Positions 46,410 through 54,627 of a stretch of DNA of 64,000 nucleotides are shown here, in pieces. Each line of letters opens with the position of its first letter. Position 1 is the first letter of the stretch. The notes beneath the pieces were generated by a model. It made no database searches and was not told the origin of the DNA. It worked only from the letters and a program-made list of their open reading frames with translations. Source of the DNA: a virus; the IMG/VR virus record IMGVR_UViG_3300031911_000002, positions 1 to 64,000 of that record; one strand, 5' to 3'. The position numbers and the translations under genes are program-made.

Positions 46410-46484
46410 TGCCCCCGGCCCGACTTGAACGGGCCGTACTCTCTACGCTCCGCCGGACAGCCGGTGATCACTCGTAGCGGGGGC
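46410..46484 (-). ncRNA. tRNA-like RNA keeping acceptor stem and T-arm only
   Basis: GCCCCCG...GCCCG-TTCAAGT-CGGGC CGGGGGC A; the interior is one CTACG/CGTAG plus CCGG/CCGG stem. Confidence 0.6.
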
Positions 46485-46518
46485 GGCCGGATCACGGGCT
46501 CCGGCCGGGCCGTCGTGC

Positions 46519-46920
46519 TCAGCGGTTCAGGTTGTGGTGCTGCGCCCACACGGGGCACGTCCCGGCGTGCAGGGTCGGGCTGGGCTCCCCGCGACGGCCG
46601 CAGGTGCAGGACGCGCCCTCCGACATCTGGCGGACCTCGTCCCGGTACTCACCCTGGTAGTAGGCGAGCTGGTGCCGCGCCATGTCGGCCGCCGTGGTGT
46701 CGCCCCACTCCGCCGGGTCCACGGCCGCGACCGCCTTGGCGGCCGACTCCGCGAGGATCTCCGTGGCGCTGGCGTAGTCGGTCTGCTCGTCCAGAGCGGC
46801 GAATACCCCGGAGTTGTCCAGGGTGTTGAAGGCTGCGATGACCTCCGGCCGCTCCCGGTCCTCCGACGTGATGGAGCGGAGTACGGCCAGAGCCTTGATC
46901 GTCTCGTCGCTGTAGGTCAT
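46519..46920 (-). CDS. Hypothetical protein
   Basis: GACCACGGA-AGGA leader; C-terminal CTC..H..C. Confidence 0.55.
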   Translation of the reverse strand: MTYSDETIKALAVLRSITSEDRERPEVIAAFNTLDNSGVFAALDEQTDYASATEILAESAAKAVAAVDPAEWGDTTAADMARHQLAYYQGEYRDEVRQMSEGASCTCGRRGEPSPTLHAGTCPVWAQHHNLNR

Positions 46921-47003
46921 GGTCGATCCTTCCGTGGTCGCCTGGCTCATCAGGACCGGGTGGCGCCCGGCCGACGGCCCCGCCGGAGCGGGGCCGTTTC
47001 GCC

Positions 47004-47243
47004 TCAGTCTCGCGAGTCGCGCTCCAGGCGTCCCTCGTACCCGGCCGCCCACCCGTTCCCCCAGTGGTGCCACTGCACGGCCGACATCAGCCGGAGGGCC
47101 TCCACGTAATCCAGTCCGGCCGCCTCCGCCAGCCGGACCAGGACGTCCTCGGCCTCCGACCCCTGCTTGCCCTCCGTCCGGTCTCCGACCGGCTGACCGG
47201 CGATGCGGCGCGCTTCGTCCAGGATGTGCGTGATCTCGGGCAT
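47004..47243 (-). CDS. Hypothetical protein
   Basis: GACCACGGA-AAGAGG leader. Confidence 0.5.
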   Translation of the reverse strand: MPEITHILDEARRIAGQPVGDRTEGKQGSEAEDVLVRLAEAAGLDYVEALRLMSAVQWHHWGNGWAAGYEGRLERDSRD

Positions 47244-47329
47244 GTGGTCCTCTTTCCGTGGTCCGGGGCCTGAGCAGACCCTCACAGGGGGCACGGGTGG
47301 CGGAAGCCTACCGTGCCCCCGAGCGGGGC

Positions 47330-47947
47330 TCAGCGGGTGTAGTTGTCCGAGCAGACGGGGCCCTTGCCGTAGTCGATCGACCGGCGGTCCGTCAGCAGCT
47401 TCCCGCAGTCGATGCAGGTTCCAGTGAGCTGACCGAAGGACTTCTCGAACTCCAGGGAGACGCGGTGCTCGGGGCGGATCCCCCTCATGGCGCCCTTGGC
47501 GTAGACGAACCGGAGCGGGGTGCCGTCCTCGTCCGCGACCGGCAGCCGGTCCTCCCAGTGGAAGCCCGTCAGCTCCTTGGCGTAGTGCCGGTCGGAGCTG
47601 CGGGAGGGGAGCACCTTGAAGATCCGGTCCCCCACCCTGTAGATCCCGACCTCGGTCACGTACTGCGGCTCCGACAGGGTCGGCTCGTCCGGGGCCCCGA
47701 GGGACTTCAGTTCGTCGCGCAAAAGCTGGTTGTTGTCCTTGGCGTCCTGGATCGCGGCAGACGCCTCCAGGCGGGTCATCGTGTCGACCTTGCGGACGAC
47801 GTCGGCGACCGCGCGCCGCGCCTCCGGCCACTCACAGCCGGTGGCCGCGTCCCGCCGGTCGAGCAGGCGGGATGCTTCGGCCAGGAGCGCGTTCAGGAAC
47901 GTGATCTGCTTGGGCGTGACGTCGGAAGGGGCGTAGGTGCTGTTCAT
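47330..47947 (-). CDS. DUF6011-like Zn-finger protein
   Basis: TPKQITF N-terminus; C-terminal CIDCGKLLTD..SI..G.GPVC. Confidence 0.7.
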   Translation of the reverse strand: MNSTYAPSDVTPKQITFLNALLAEASRLLDRRDAATGCEWPEARRAVADVVRKVDTMTRLEASAAIQDAKDNNQLLRDELKSLGAPDEPTLSEPQYVTEVGIYRVGDRIFKVLPSRSSDRHYAKELTGFHWEDRLPVADEDGTPLRFVYAKGAMRGIRPEHRVSLEFEKSFGQLTGTCIDCGKLLTDRRSIDYGKGPVCSDNYTR

Positions 47948-48030
47948 GGTCGTTGCTCCTTGGTCTTCGGGATGAGCCGGTCGGCCCGACAGGGCCCACG
48001 TACGAGACGCGGACCCGACTGGAAACCGGA

Positions 48031-48270
48031 TCAGTTGGTGGCCATGCCGCTGAGTTCGGCCATGATGAACATGCACTCCGTCAGGGTGCGCAGGTCGCTG
48101 TAGTCGATCCCTCCGCCGTGCTGCTCGTCGGAGAACTTCTGGATCTGCGCACGCAGCTCGTCCAGCTTCAGGTGGCCGTACTCCGCCCACAGCGCGTCGA
48201 ACGAGGCGATGTCGGTCTGGTAGGCGCCGTGGTCGGTGATCCGGAGCGAGACGTGTCCGGGACGGGCCAT
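48031..48270 (-). CDS. Hypothetical protein
   Basis: GACCAAGGAGG leader. Confidence 0.55.
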   Translation of the reverse strand: MARPGHVSLRITDHGAYQTDIASFDALWAEYGHLKLDELRAQIQKFSDEQHGGGIDYSDLRTLTECMFIMAELSGMATN

Positions 48271-48368
48271 GGGGTCCTCCTTGGTCGGTGTTCTTCGGTG
48301 CGGGCTGATCCACCCGATAGGGCGCAGGCACCCGGCCCGTGAAGGCCGGTCCTGCACCCGACTGGAGA

Positions 48369-48605
48369 TCAGCTGACGAACAGGTCGCCGTAGCGGACGG
48401 TGCTCAGCAGCCGCCCGGCGTCCCGCTGGCTGATACCGAGACGCTCCGCGACATCGCTGCGTAGCTTGGTGAGACCGAGCGCGTTCGTCCGGGGCGAGGC
48501 GCCCCTCAGGTTCGCGCGGCGAGCCTCCACAAGAGCGACCGTGCCGTGGTCCATCGTGATCCGGCGTCCGTCGATGACGCGGGTGATCGTGTTGCGAAGA
48601 TTCAT
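48369..48605 (-). CDS. Small basic HTH-like protein
   Basis: DVAERLGISQRDAGRLL; first gene after the long leader. Confidence 0.55.
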   Translation of the reverse strand: MNLRNTITRVIDGRRITMDHGTVALVEARRANLRGASPRTNALGLTKLRSDVAERLGISQRDAGRLLSTVRYGDLFVS

Positions 48606-48939
48606 GGTGTTCTCGTTTCTGGTCCGTGGTCGTCGTGCTGTACGTCCATCCAACCCGTCGAGCGGTCCCCTCGGGGGTGCTTGCGTCGGTCGGAGCGCCG
48701 TGGCCCTCGCGAGGTACGCTCCCGGTTTCTCTCCGCCGTGGGTGGGTTCCGTGTGTCCCTCACCGCGCGTCGGCCGTCCGCCGTTTTGCGATCTCGCTAC
48801 TACCCGTAGCTTCCCGGTTTCTTGTGGAGGGTCCGGTGCCCTGTCTCCGGAGCTGCGCTGCCGCTTCGGGATCTCTCCCCGGACCTGTCCGCCTGGCCCG
48901 CTTCCGGAGGGTGGTAGCTCGTCCTGCCCTCCGCCTTAC

Positions 48940-48976
48940 TGGTTTAATTAAAGCGCGATTCCGCACCCGCGTCTAT
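48940..48976 (-). promoter_or_regulatory. Candidate leftward promoter overlapped by an operator-like 16-mer
   Basis: Minus strand TAGACG-N17-TTTAAT; TGGTTTAATTAAAGCG at 48940-48955. Confidence 0.45.
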
Positions 48977-49028
48977 ACCCATCTACCTGCGTCTTTACGG
49001 GTAGTTGAGACCGGGCCCCGGCACAGAA

Positions 49029-49056
49029 CAGCCCCGACGATCTTCCGTCGGGGCTG
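49029..49056 (-). terminator. Intrinsic terminator
   Basis: 11-bp stem CAGCCCCGACG/CGTCGGGGCTG followed by TTCTGT on the minus strand, after the 49073 stop. Confidence 0.6.
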
Positions 49057-49072
49057 ATTCGTTACGCGTCCG

Positions 49073-49309
49073 TTACCGGATGATGGTGACGAACTGGTCC
49101 GCTACGGCCAGCCCCAGGAAGGGACGGAGGGTGGCGGTGTCGATGCCGCAGACCTCCACGGCGCTGTGGACCTCGTCCCGGTACGGGATCGCGACCGTCT
49201 GGGGCTTGTCGGCCGCCACGATCTTGCGGCCGTGGATCCGGACGATGTCGCCGGGGAGCACGTTCTCGATCTTGTCGCGCAGCTGGTTCAGCATTCCGAT
49301 CTTCCTCAT
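49073..49309 (-). CDS. Hypothetical protein
   Basis: GGAG RBS; directly downstream of repeat copy 3. Confidence 0.55.
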   Translation of the reverse strand: MRKIGMLNQLRDKIENVLPGDIVRIHGRKIVAADKPQTVAIPYRDEVHSAVEVCGIDTATLRPFLGLAVADQFVTIIR

Positions 49310-49345
49310 TCCGTGGTCTCCGCCTCAACGCGCTTATACGTAAGG

Positions 49346-49555
49346 CGGTATATCTATCCGGTTACCCGGAGTCGCTTTAGCTAAATCTACCGGTGCGTAG
49401 AGTAGCGGAAGCACGAGGTTGCCGTCTCCGCAACGAACTGCGGACACCCTGTCTCCTCGGACACCCGGCCGGAGTTCGTTGTTCGGCCAGGTCGGGCCAC
49501 AGATCGCTACCGGCCGGTAAGGAGCCAGCCGGTCCGGGGCCGGATGGATATACGG
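49346..49555 (-). repeat. Dispersed 210-bp element, copy 3
   Basis: Same core as copies 1, 2 and 4; intergenic. Confidence 0.92.
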
Positions 49556-49568
49556 CCCCGGATGCAGC

Positions 49569-49937
49569 TCACGATCCGGACACCTCGCCCTTGCCCCGCT
49601 TCCGCAGGGTGGTGACCGGCTCCAGGGCACGGACGGAGTCGGCGAATAGACCCGTGGCACTGAAGCGGACCCGACGGACCTCCGTGGGCATCACGGCCCC
49701 CTCCGCACGCTTCCCCGGCAGTCCGCCTTCCGGGACCCGGCGCCACTGCGGGGTGAACGACCCGAAGTTGGTGAGGCTGACGCGGTACCCGGCGGCCACG
49801 TGGCGGCCGATGATGTCGAGCACGGCGTGCAGAACGTCCTCGGACGTCGCCGTCCGGAGGTCCACCTCGACGTCCAGCAGCTCCGCCAGCCGGGTGAAGT
49901 TGAGGTTGGTCTCAGGGCGTGCGATCTTCTTTTCCAT
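49569..49937 (-). CDS. HU/IHF-like DNA-binding protein
   Basis: VLHAVLDII...V..G.RVSLTNFGSF...R...VRF.A..LF. Confidence 0.75.
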   Translation of the reverse strand: MEKKIARPETNLNFTRLAELLDVEVDLRTATSEDVLHAVLDIIGRHVAAGYRVSLTNFGSFTPQWRRVPEGGLPGKRAEGAVMPTEVRRVRFSATGLFADSVRALEPVTTLRKRGKGEVSGS

Positions 49938-49970
49938 GATCTGTTCCTCTCTGGTCCGGTCGGCCGCCGG

Positions 49971-50258
49971 TCAGCGGTCGACACACTTGGGGTAGCTGGA
50001 CCCCCGATAACAGCGGTCGAATCCGTCGTGGCTGACGTCCAGCTCGTACGTGGTGCCGTCCGGCCGCCGGATCGTCAGGTCGTAGTCGTAGTGGACCGTG
50101 GTCACCCCGGCGCTGCGGGTGGTCCAGATGCTCTCCTCCCTGTCCACGACCCGGCCGGGGTCCCCGCGCTTGTCGTCCGGGCCGCAGCCCGTCAGCGCGA
50201 GGGCGACGGCCGCCGCGACGGCGACGAGGGCGCCCGTCCGGCGCTTCATCCGTCCCAT
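49971..50258 (-). CDS. Putative lipoprotein
   Basis: Signal peptide with LTGC lipobox. Confidence 0.65.
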   Translation of the reverse strand: MGRMKRRTGALVAVAAAVALALTGCGPDDKRGDPGRVVDREESIWTTRSAGVTTVHYDYDLTIRRPDGTTYELDVSHDGFDRCYRGSSYPKCVDR

Positions 50259-50335
50259 GATCTGTACCTCCGTGGTCTCCGGCCTGAGCACCGGGTCGGA
50301 CGGCCGGGCGGGGTCCGGCCGTCCTGCTCACCTGC

Positions 50336-50878
50336 TCAGAACCCGTACCCGCGCTCCCATGTCATCGGGTAGCTGTTGCGGTTGCCCTGCTCGTCGTGGT
50401 ACCTGCCCTGGGGCACAGGCCGGACCGTGGCCGACACGACCTCGTCATCCCCCGCGATCTCCTCCACGATCCGGTCCCAGCTCGTGTCCGTCTGCTCCGG
50501 GCCTGTGTAGTACAGGTCCGTGTCGCCGTCGGCCAGAGCCCCCGTCCCCCGGTCCACGACCACGTTCAGGTGCCAGTCAGCCCGCTGGGTCCGCTTGGCC
50601 GGGCGAAACGACTCCTCCGGGACGTCGTGCTCTTCTCCCCAGTAGCCGTCCACGCTTTCCCGGATGTGGATGCCGTGCGCCGCCGTCGCGCCGCACCGGA
50701 AGTTGCCCTTGCCGACGTGCATCTCATTGTCCGGCGCCGGAGGCGTCAGGCACGTCCAGGAGCAGTCCTCAGCGGCCTTGGCCGCCAGAGCCCCGGCCCT
50801 GTCCAGGGAGCGGAGCGGGCGTTCTCCGGGGTTGAGGACTCCGGAGCCCTCGTCGATGACGTAGTACGTCGTGGCCAT
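50336..50878 (-). CDS. Hypothetical protein
   Basis: GGAGG RBS before MATTYYV. Confidence 0.55.
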   Translation of the reverse strand: MATTYYVIDEGSGVLNPGERPLRSLDRAGALAAKAAEDCSWTCLTPPAPDNEMHVGKGNFRCGATAAHGIHIRESVDGYWGEEHDVPEESFRPAKRTQRADWHLNVVVDRGTGALADGDTDLYYTGPEQTDTSWDRIVEEIAGDDEVVSATVRPVPQGRYHDEQGNRNSYPMTWERGYGF

Positions 50879-50880
50879 GG

Positions 50881-51240
50881 TCAGACCTCCAGGATGGTGT
50901 AGTGGGGTGTGGTTTCCAGCGACTTGCGGGGCGGGCCGTCGCAACCCGTGATCTGACGGGGTGCTCCCCCGTCGTCCGGGACCTTCCAGTGGACGACCCC
51001 GTGATGCATCTGGACGGCGACGATCAGGCTGCCGTCGTCGTCCCGCGCGAACGCCGGATCGGTGTCCAGGGCCCCCAGGGCGGCGAGGACCTGATTGCGC
51101 AGGTCCACGGCCGCGTCCCGGTTCGTCCGGCCCCACCCGGTCAGCGGCCCCAGGCGCATCTGCACCTTGCGGGCCGCCGTGGCCGCCCCGGTCCGCAGCA
51201 CCTTGACCGGGAATGACAGCCGGGTCTCGTCGGCAGCCAC
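50881..51240 (-). CDS. Hypothetical protein
   Basis: GGAGG RBS before GTG; start uncertain. Confidence 0.5.
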   Translation of the reverse strand: MAADETRLSFPVKVLRTGAATAARKVQMRLGPLTGWGRTNRDAAVDLRNQVLAALGALDTDPAFARDDDGSLIVAVQMHHGVVHWKVPDDGGAPRQITGCDGPPRKSLETTPHYTILEV

Positions 51241-51242
51241 GG

Positions 51243-51392
51243 TCACCACCTCCAGGTCGGGGCGGAGTCGTCTCCGCCCTGGTACATGCCGGGCGCGTCC
51301 TCGGGTCCGGCACAGTTGGCCGCCGCGCCCGCGAGGAGCGCGACGAGCAGGGTGAGCGAGGCGAGGGTGCGCCTGCCGATGATCTGGGTCAT
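51243..51392 (-). CDS. Small secreted/lipoprotein-like peptide (49 aa)
   Basis: MTQIIGRRTLASLTLLVALLAGAAANC...; GGAGG RBS. Confidence 0.4.
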   Translation of the reverse strand: MTQIIGRRTLASLTLLVALLAGAAANCAGPEDAPGMYQGGDDSAPTWRW

Positions 51393-51415
51393 GGGTCCCT
51401 CCGGGAGCGGGCTGG

Positions 51416-52369
51416 CTAGATGGCGATGAAGGCGTACGGGTGGCCCAGGGCGTACCGCTCCGCAAGGACGTCCTGCACGTTCTCCGGGGCGTCCAGGGCG
51501 ACGGCCGTTCCGGGGGCGGTCGAGTAGACGTCGGTCTCGCTGACGATCCAGGACGTCCGCTCGTCGCGGGCGCGGGGCTCACGGGGGTCGCGCGCGCTCA
51601 TCAGCCGGTCGTACGCGTCCCGGCCGATCGTCTCGGGGGAGCCGTCCCAGTTCTGCACCTCCATCGTGGTGCAGACCTCCAGCTCCCCCTCGCTGGCGCG
51701 GGTGGTGCCTCCGGCGGCCAGCGAGGGGTCGTCCAGCTTCACGATGACGCTCCAGCCGGACGGGCCGAACGCGCGGGTGCCCTCCACCACGGTCCCCGTG
51801 AAGCCGTGCCGCGTGTGGCGGACCGGGCCGGTGACCGGAGCGGTCTGCGCCTGCGCTACGAGGGCCGCCTTGGTGGGGGCCGCCTTGCGGACCCGGCGGT
51901 GCAGGGTGGTGTGGGTGACCCTGTCGAACCGGAAGCTGCGGACGTCGCCGTCACGGCGGTCGTCCTCGGCCCGCACGATGTAGTCCCCGCCCTGGGTGCG
52001 GTACAGGGACTGCGGGCGGACCCGGCGCCGGGAGACTTCGCCGGTCGGCTTGACATACCGGATGCTCATCTCGCGGCCGGTACGGATCGCGGTGGTGACG
52101 CGTAGCATGTCGTCCTCGCTGGCGTAGACGACCGTGTCGACGACGCCGCCCGTGACGAGCGCCCACACGGCGAGGCCGGGGAAGTCGTAGAACCAGACCT
52201 CCCCGGCCTCGTTGAAGTCGGCCGCCGTCTCCAGGTGGGCCGTGGCCATGTCGTCCACGATCCACTCCGCCTCGCCCGCCTGCTTGGGCGTCCACACGGC
52301 CTCCACGCTCGCCTGGCCGTTCACGAAGTTGATGGTGGCGACGGTCCGGCTTCCGGTGTTCTCTCGCAT
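51416..52369 (-). CDS. WYL-domain protein
   Basis: AIRTGREMSIRY....GEVSRRRVRP..L......YIVRA.D......RSFRFDRV. Confidence 0.8.
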   Translation of the reverse strand: MRENTGSRTVATINFVNGQASVEAVWTPKQAGEAEWIVDDMATAHLETAADFNEAGEVWFYDFPGLAVWALVTGGVVDTVVYASEDDMLRVTTAIRTGREMSIRYVKPTGEVSRRRVRPQSLYRTQGGDYIVRAEDDRRDGDVRSFRFDRVTHTTLHRRVRKAAPTKAALVAQAQTAPVTGPVRHTRHGFTGTVVEGTRAFGPSGWSVIVKLDDPSLAAGGTTRASEGELEVCTTMEVQNWDGSPETIGRDAYDRLMSARDPREPRARDERTSWIVSETDVYSTAPGTAVALDAPENVQDVLAERYALGHPYAFIAI

Positions 52370-52420
52370 CGTCCTGGTCCCTTGGTCTGTGGTCGGTTGT
52401 TGTACTCCCCCAATCATTCC

Positions 52421-52436
52421 CGATTTAGGTTAATCC
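52421..52436. promoter_or_regulatory. Operator-like 16-mer
   Basis: CGATTTAGGTTAATCC upstream of the WYL gene. Confidence 0.6.
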
Positions 52437-52463
52437 GTAAACCTCCGTTTTACCTGGGGAAGT

Positions 52464-53384
52464 TCACTCGTTCAGCTCCTCCAACGATCGCCGGATACCC
52501 TCCTCCAGGCTGATCTTGGGGGCGTAGTACCCGAGCAGGAGCCGGTTGGGGTCCCCCACCCGGTACGCCACGCCCTGCGGGGCGTCCGGGTTCGGGCGGA
52601 TCTCCGCTGTCTTCCCCGCCTCCCGGAGCATCATCGTGGCCAGCAGGGTGAACGGTGTCGGCTCTCCTGTGCAGAGGTTCACCGGCTGCACGGTGCCGGA
52701 CTCCGCGACCGCGAGGGCCCCGGCGACGATGTCATCCACATGGATCCAGTCCCTCACGCAGTCCCCGCACCACAGCTCCAGGGGTTGACCGGGTTGCAGG
52801 GCGCGCACCCGCTCCAGGATGGCCCGGAAGGGATACGACGGGTCCTGGTCGGAGCCGTACCCGCTGAAGGGCCTGACCACGGTCACCGGCACCCCGGCCG
52901 CACGCAGCTTCCCGGCGAGCATCTCCCCGGTGACCTTGCTCCAGCCGTAGACCTCGTCGGGCGGTCCCAGGCTGAGCCGGGCACAGTCCTCGTCCAGACG
53001 GCTCTCATAGGTCACGGCCTGCTGAAGGGCCACCGGGTACGCCGCGCTGGAGCTGATGTACAGCACCCGGCCCGGCCGCGCGACGGCCGCCCACCGGAAC
53101 ATCTCCGCGTCGATCGACAGGGACTCCGCCGTGGCCAGCGGGTCCCGCTCGATGGTCTCCCGGCCGCCGACGACGGCGGCGCAGTGCACGACGAGGTCGA
53201 ATCCAGGGCTGTTCTCCCCGGCCCTCCTGTGGATCAGGTCGTTCTGGAAGTACCTCCGGCAGTCCTGCGCAGAGGACGCCTTGACGTCCAGGCCGTAGAC
53301 CTCCCAGCCCCGGCGCCGCAGCTCCGTCGTGAAGTGCCGCCCCAGGAAGCCCCGGTCGCCCGTGATCAGTGCGCGCATCACCAT
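52464..53384 (-). CDS. NAD-dependent NDP-sugar epimerase/dehydratase
   Basis: ITGDRGFLG, VVHCAA, SSSAAY, YGWSK, RDWIHVDD. Confidence 0.85.
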   Translation of the reverse strand: MVMRALITGDRGFLGRHFTTELRRRGWEVYGLDVKASSAQDCRRYFQNDLIHRRAGENSPGFDLVVHCAAVVGGRETIERDPLATAESLSIDAEMFRWAAVARPGRVLYISSSAAYPVALQQAVTYESRLDEDCARLSLGPPDEVYGWSKVTGEMLAGKLRAAGVPVTVVRPFSGYGSDQDPSYPFRAILERVRALQPGQPLELWCGDCVRDWIHVDDIVAGALAVAESGTVQPVNLCTGEPTPFTLLATMMLREAGKTAEIRPNPDAPQGVAYRVGDPNRLLLGYYAPKISLEEGIRRSLEELNE

Positions 53385-53977
53385 CTGTCGTTCCTTCCGC
53401 TCGTGTTGCCGGGGTGCCAGTGCCAGGTCCACGTCCGGCGGGGCAGGTGGGAGAACGTCGCTCCGGCGCCCACGAGCCGCTCCCAGGTCCCCCAGTCATC
53501 GCACGGGTTCTCCGGAGGTCCCTTGGGGGTGAACCCGCCGATCTCCCACAGCAGGTCCGTACGGGCGAGGACCGTGATCGGGATGTAGTTGAACTCCCGC
53601 AGGCGCTCCTCGCTGAAGGGGGACCCCTCCACGCCGGGCCACGGGTCGAATCCGCCGGAGACGTTGAACCAGGGGTAGACGACGTCCGCCCCCGTCTCCT
53701 CCGCGTGCGCCAGCAGGCACTCCACGTGGTCCGGGTTCCACTCGTCGTCGTCGTCCAGGAACGCAGCCCACGTCGTGCCGACCCCGGACACGGCCCGCGT
53801 CCGGTTCAGGGCGGAGCCCCGGCGCGCGTGGTCCACGCTGACGCTGATCGCGTCGACCGGCCGCGTCTGGCTCAGGACCGAATCGAGAGCACGGCGCAGC
53901 TTGCCGTCGGCCGCCCGTGGCGGGATCGCGGGGATGACGGCCGTGACGCCGGGCCGCATGCGCGAGGGCCGGGTCAC
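53378..53977 (-). CDS. GT2 glycosyltransferase
   Basis: AVIP..R..LRRALDSV..Q, AFLDDDD, DDWG.W. Confidence 0.85.
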   Translation of the reverse strand: MTRPSRMRPGVTAVIPAIPPRAADGKLRRALDSVLSQTRPVDAISVSVDHARRGSALNRTRAVSGVGTTWAAFLDDDDEWNPDHVECLLAHAEETGADVVYPWFNVSGGFDPWPGVEGSPFSEERLREFNYIPITVLARTDLLWEIGGFTPKGPPENPCDDWGTWERLVGAGATFSHLPRRTWTWHWHPGNTSGRNDRW

Positions 53978-54627
53978 AGCGAGACCGCCATCCACAGCTG
54001 GAAGACGTAGGCGTCCTCCCACCCCTTGGTCGCCTCCGGTCGGAGGATCTTCAGCTCCAGGGGGTCCCACCCGTTGTCCTGGAGCATCCGGTGCAGGTCC
54101 GCCTGGTCCCAGCCCCAGTAGTGCTCGGTGTTGCCGGACCCCACGCGCTCCCCGAGGGGCGTGGACAGGAACAGGTACCGGGACCAGTCGGCCGCGTCCG
54201 CCAGGATCCGGTCGGGATCCTTCACGTGCTCCAGCGTCTCGCTGAGGATCAGCAGGTCCACCGGAGCGTCTACCGGGAGCTGATGCAGGCTGTCCGGCAG
54301 AGGCTCCGGCCTCAGGATCGTCGCCGGGGCCCGGCACGACACGGCCGCCGACGCGGGGACCCCGTTGAGGTCCCCGAACCAGGCGTGGTCCAGCTTGAGG
54401 GTCGTGCTGATCATGTTGAGCAGGGCCCCGTCCCCGCAGCTGAGATCGGCCGCCGTCCGGATCCTCGACCCGTACCGCTCGATCAGGTCGGCCGACGCCT
54501 TGATCCGCTCGATGTGATCGGCCCACCGGTCGTGCCGGTAGCCGTCCGGGTACGTCCGGCGGTAGAGGGCGCGCTCGTCCCCAGGGGACCGGAAGTCCTC
54601 CTCGGGGCGCAGTCGGTACTTAGCCAC
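53974..54627 (-). CDS. SAM-dependent methyltransferase
   Basis: ADLSCGDG motif I, LSETLEHV.DP, LSTP, EHYWGW. Confidence 0.75.
   Translation of the reverse strand: MAKYRLRPEEDFRSPGDERALYRRTYPDGYRHDRWADHIERIKASADLIERYGSRIRTAADLSCGDGALLNMISTTLKLDHAWFGDLNGVPASAAVSCRAPATILRPEPLPDSLHQLPVDAPVDLLILSETLEHVKDPDRILADAADWSRYLFLSTPLGERVGSGNTEHYWGWDQADLHRMLQDNGWDPLELKILRPEATKGWEDAYVFQLWMAVSL

Noticed and set aside
48835-48848. 14-nt match (GGAGACAGGGCACC) between the long leader and repeat copy 1
   Set aside because: Plausibly chance in GC-rich DNA, and not fully conserved in the other copies.
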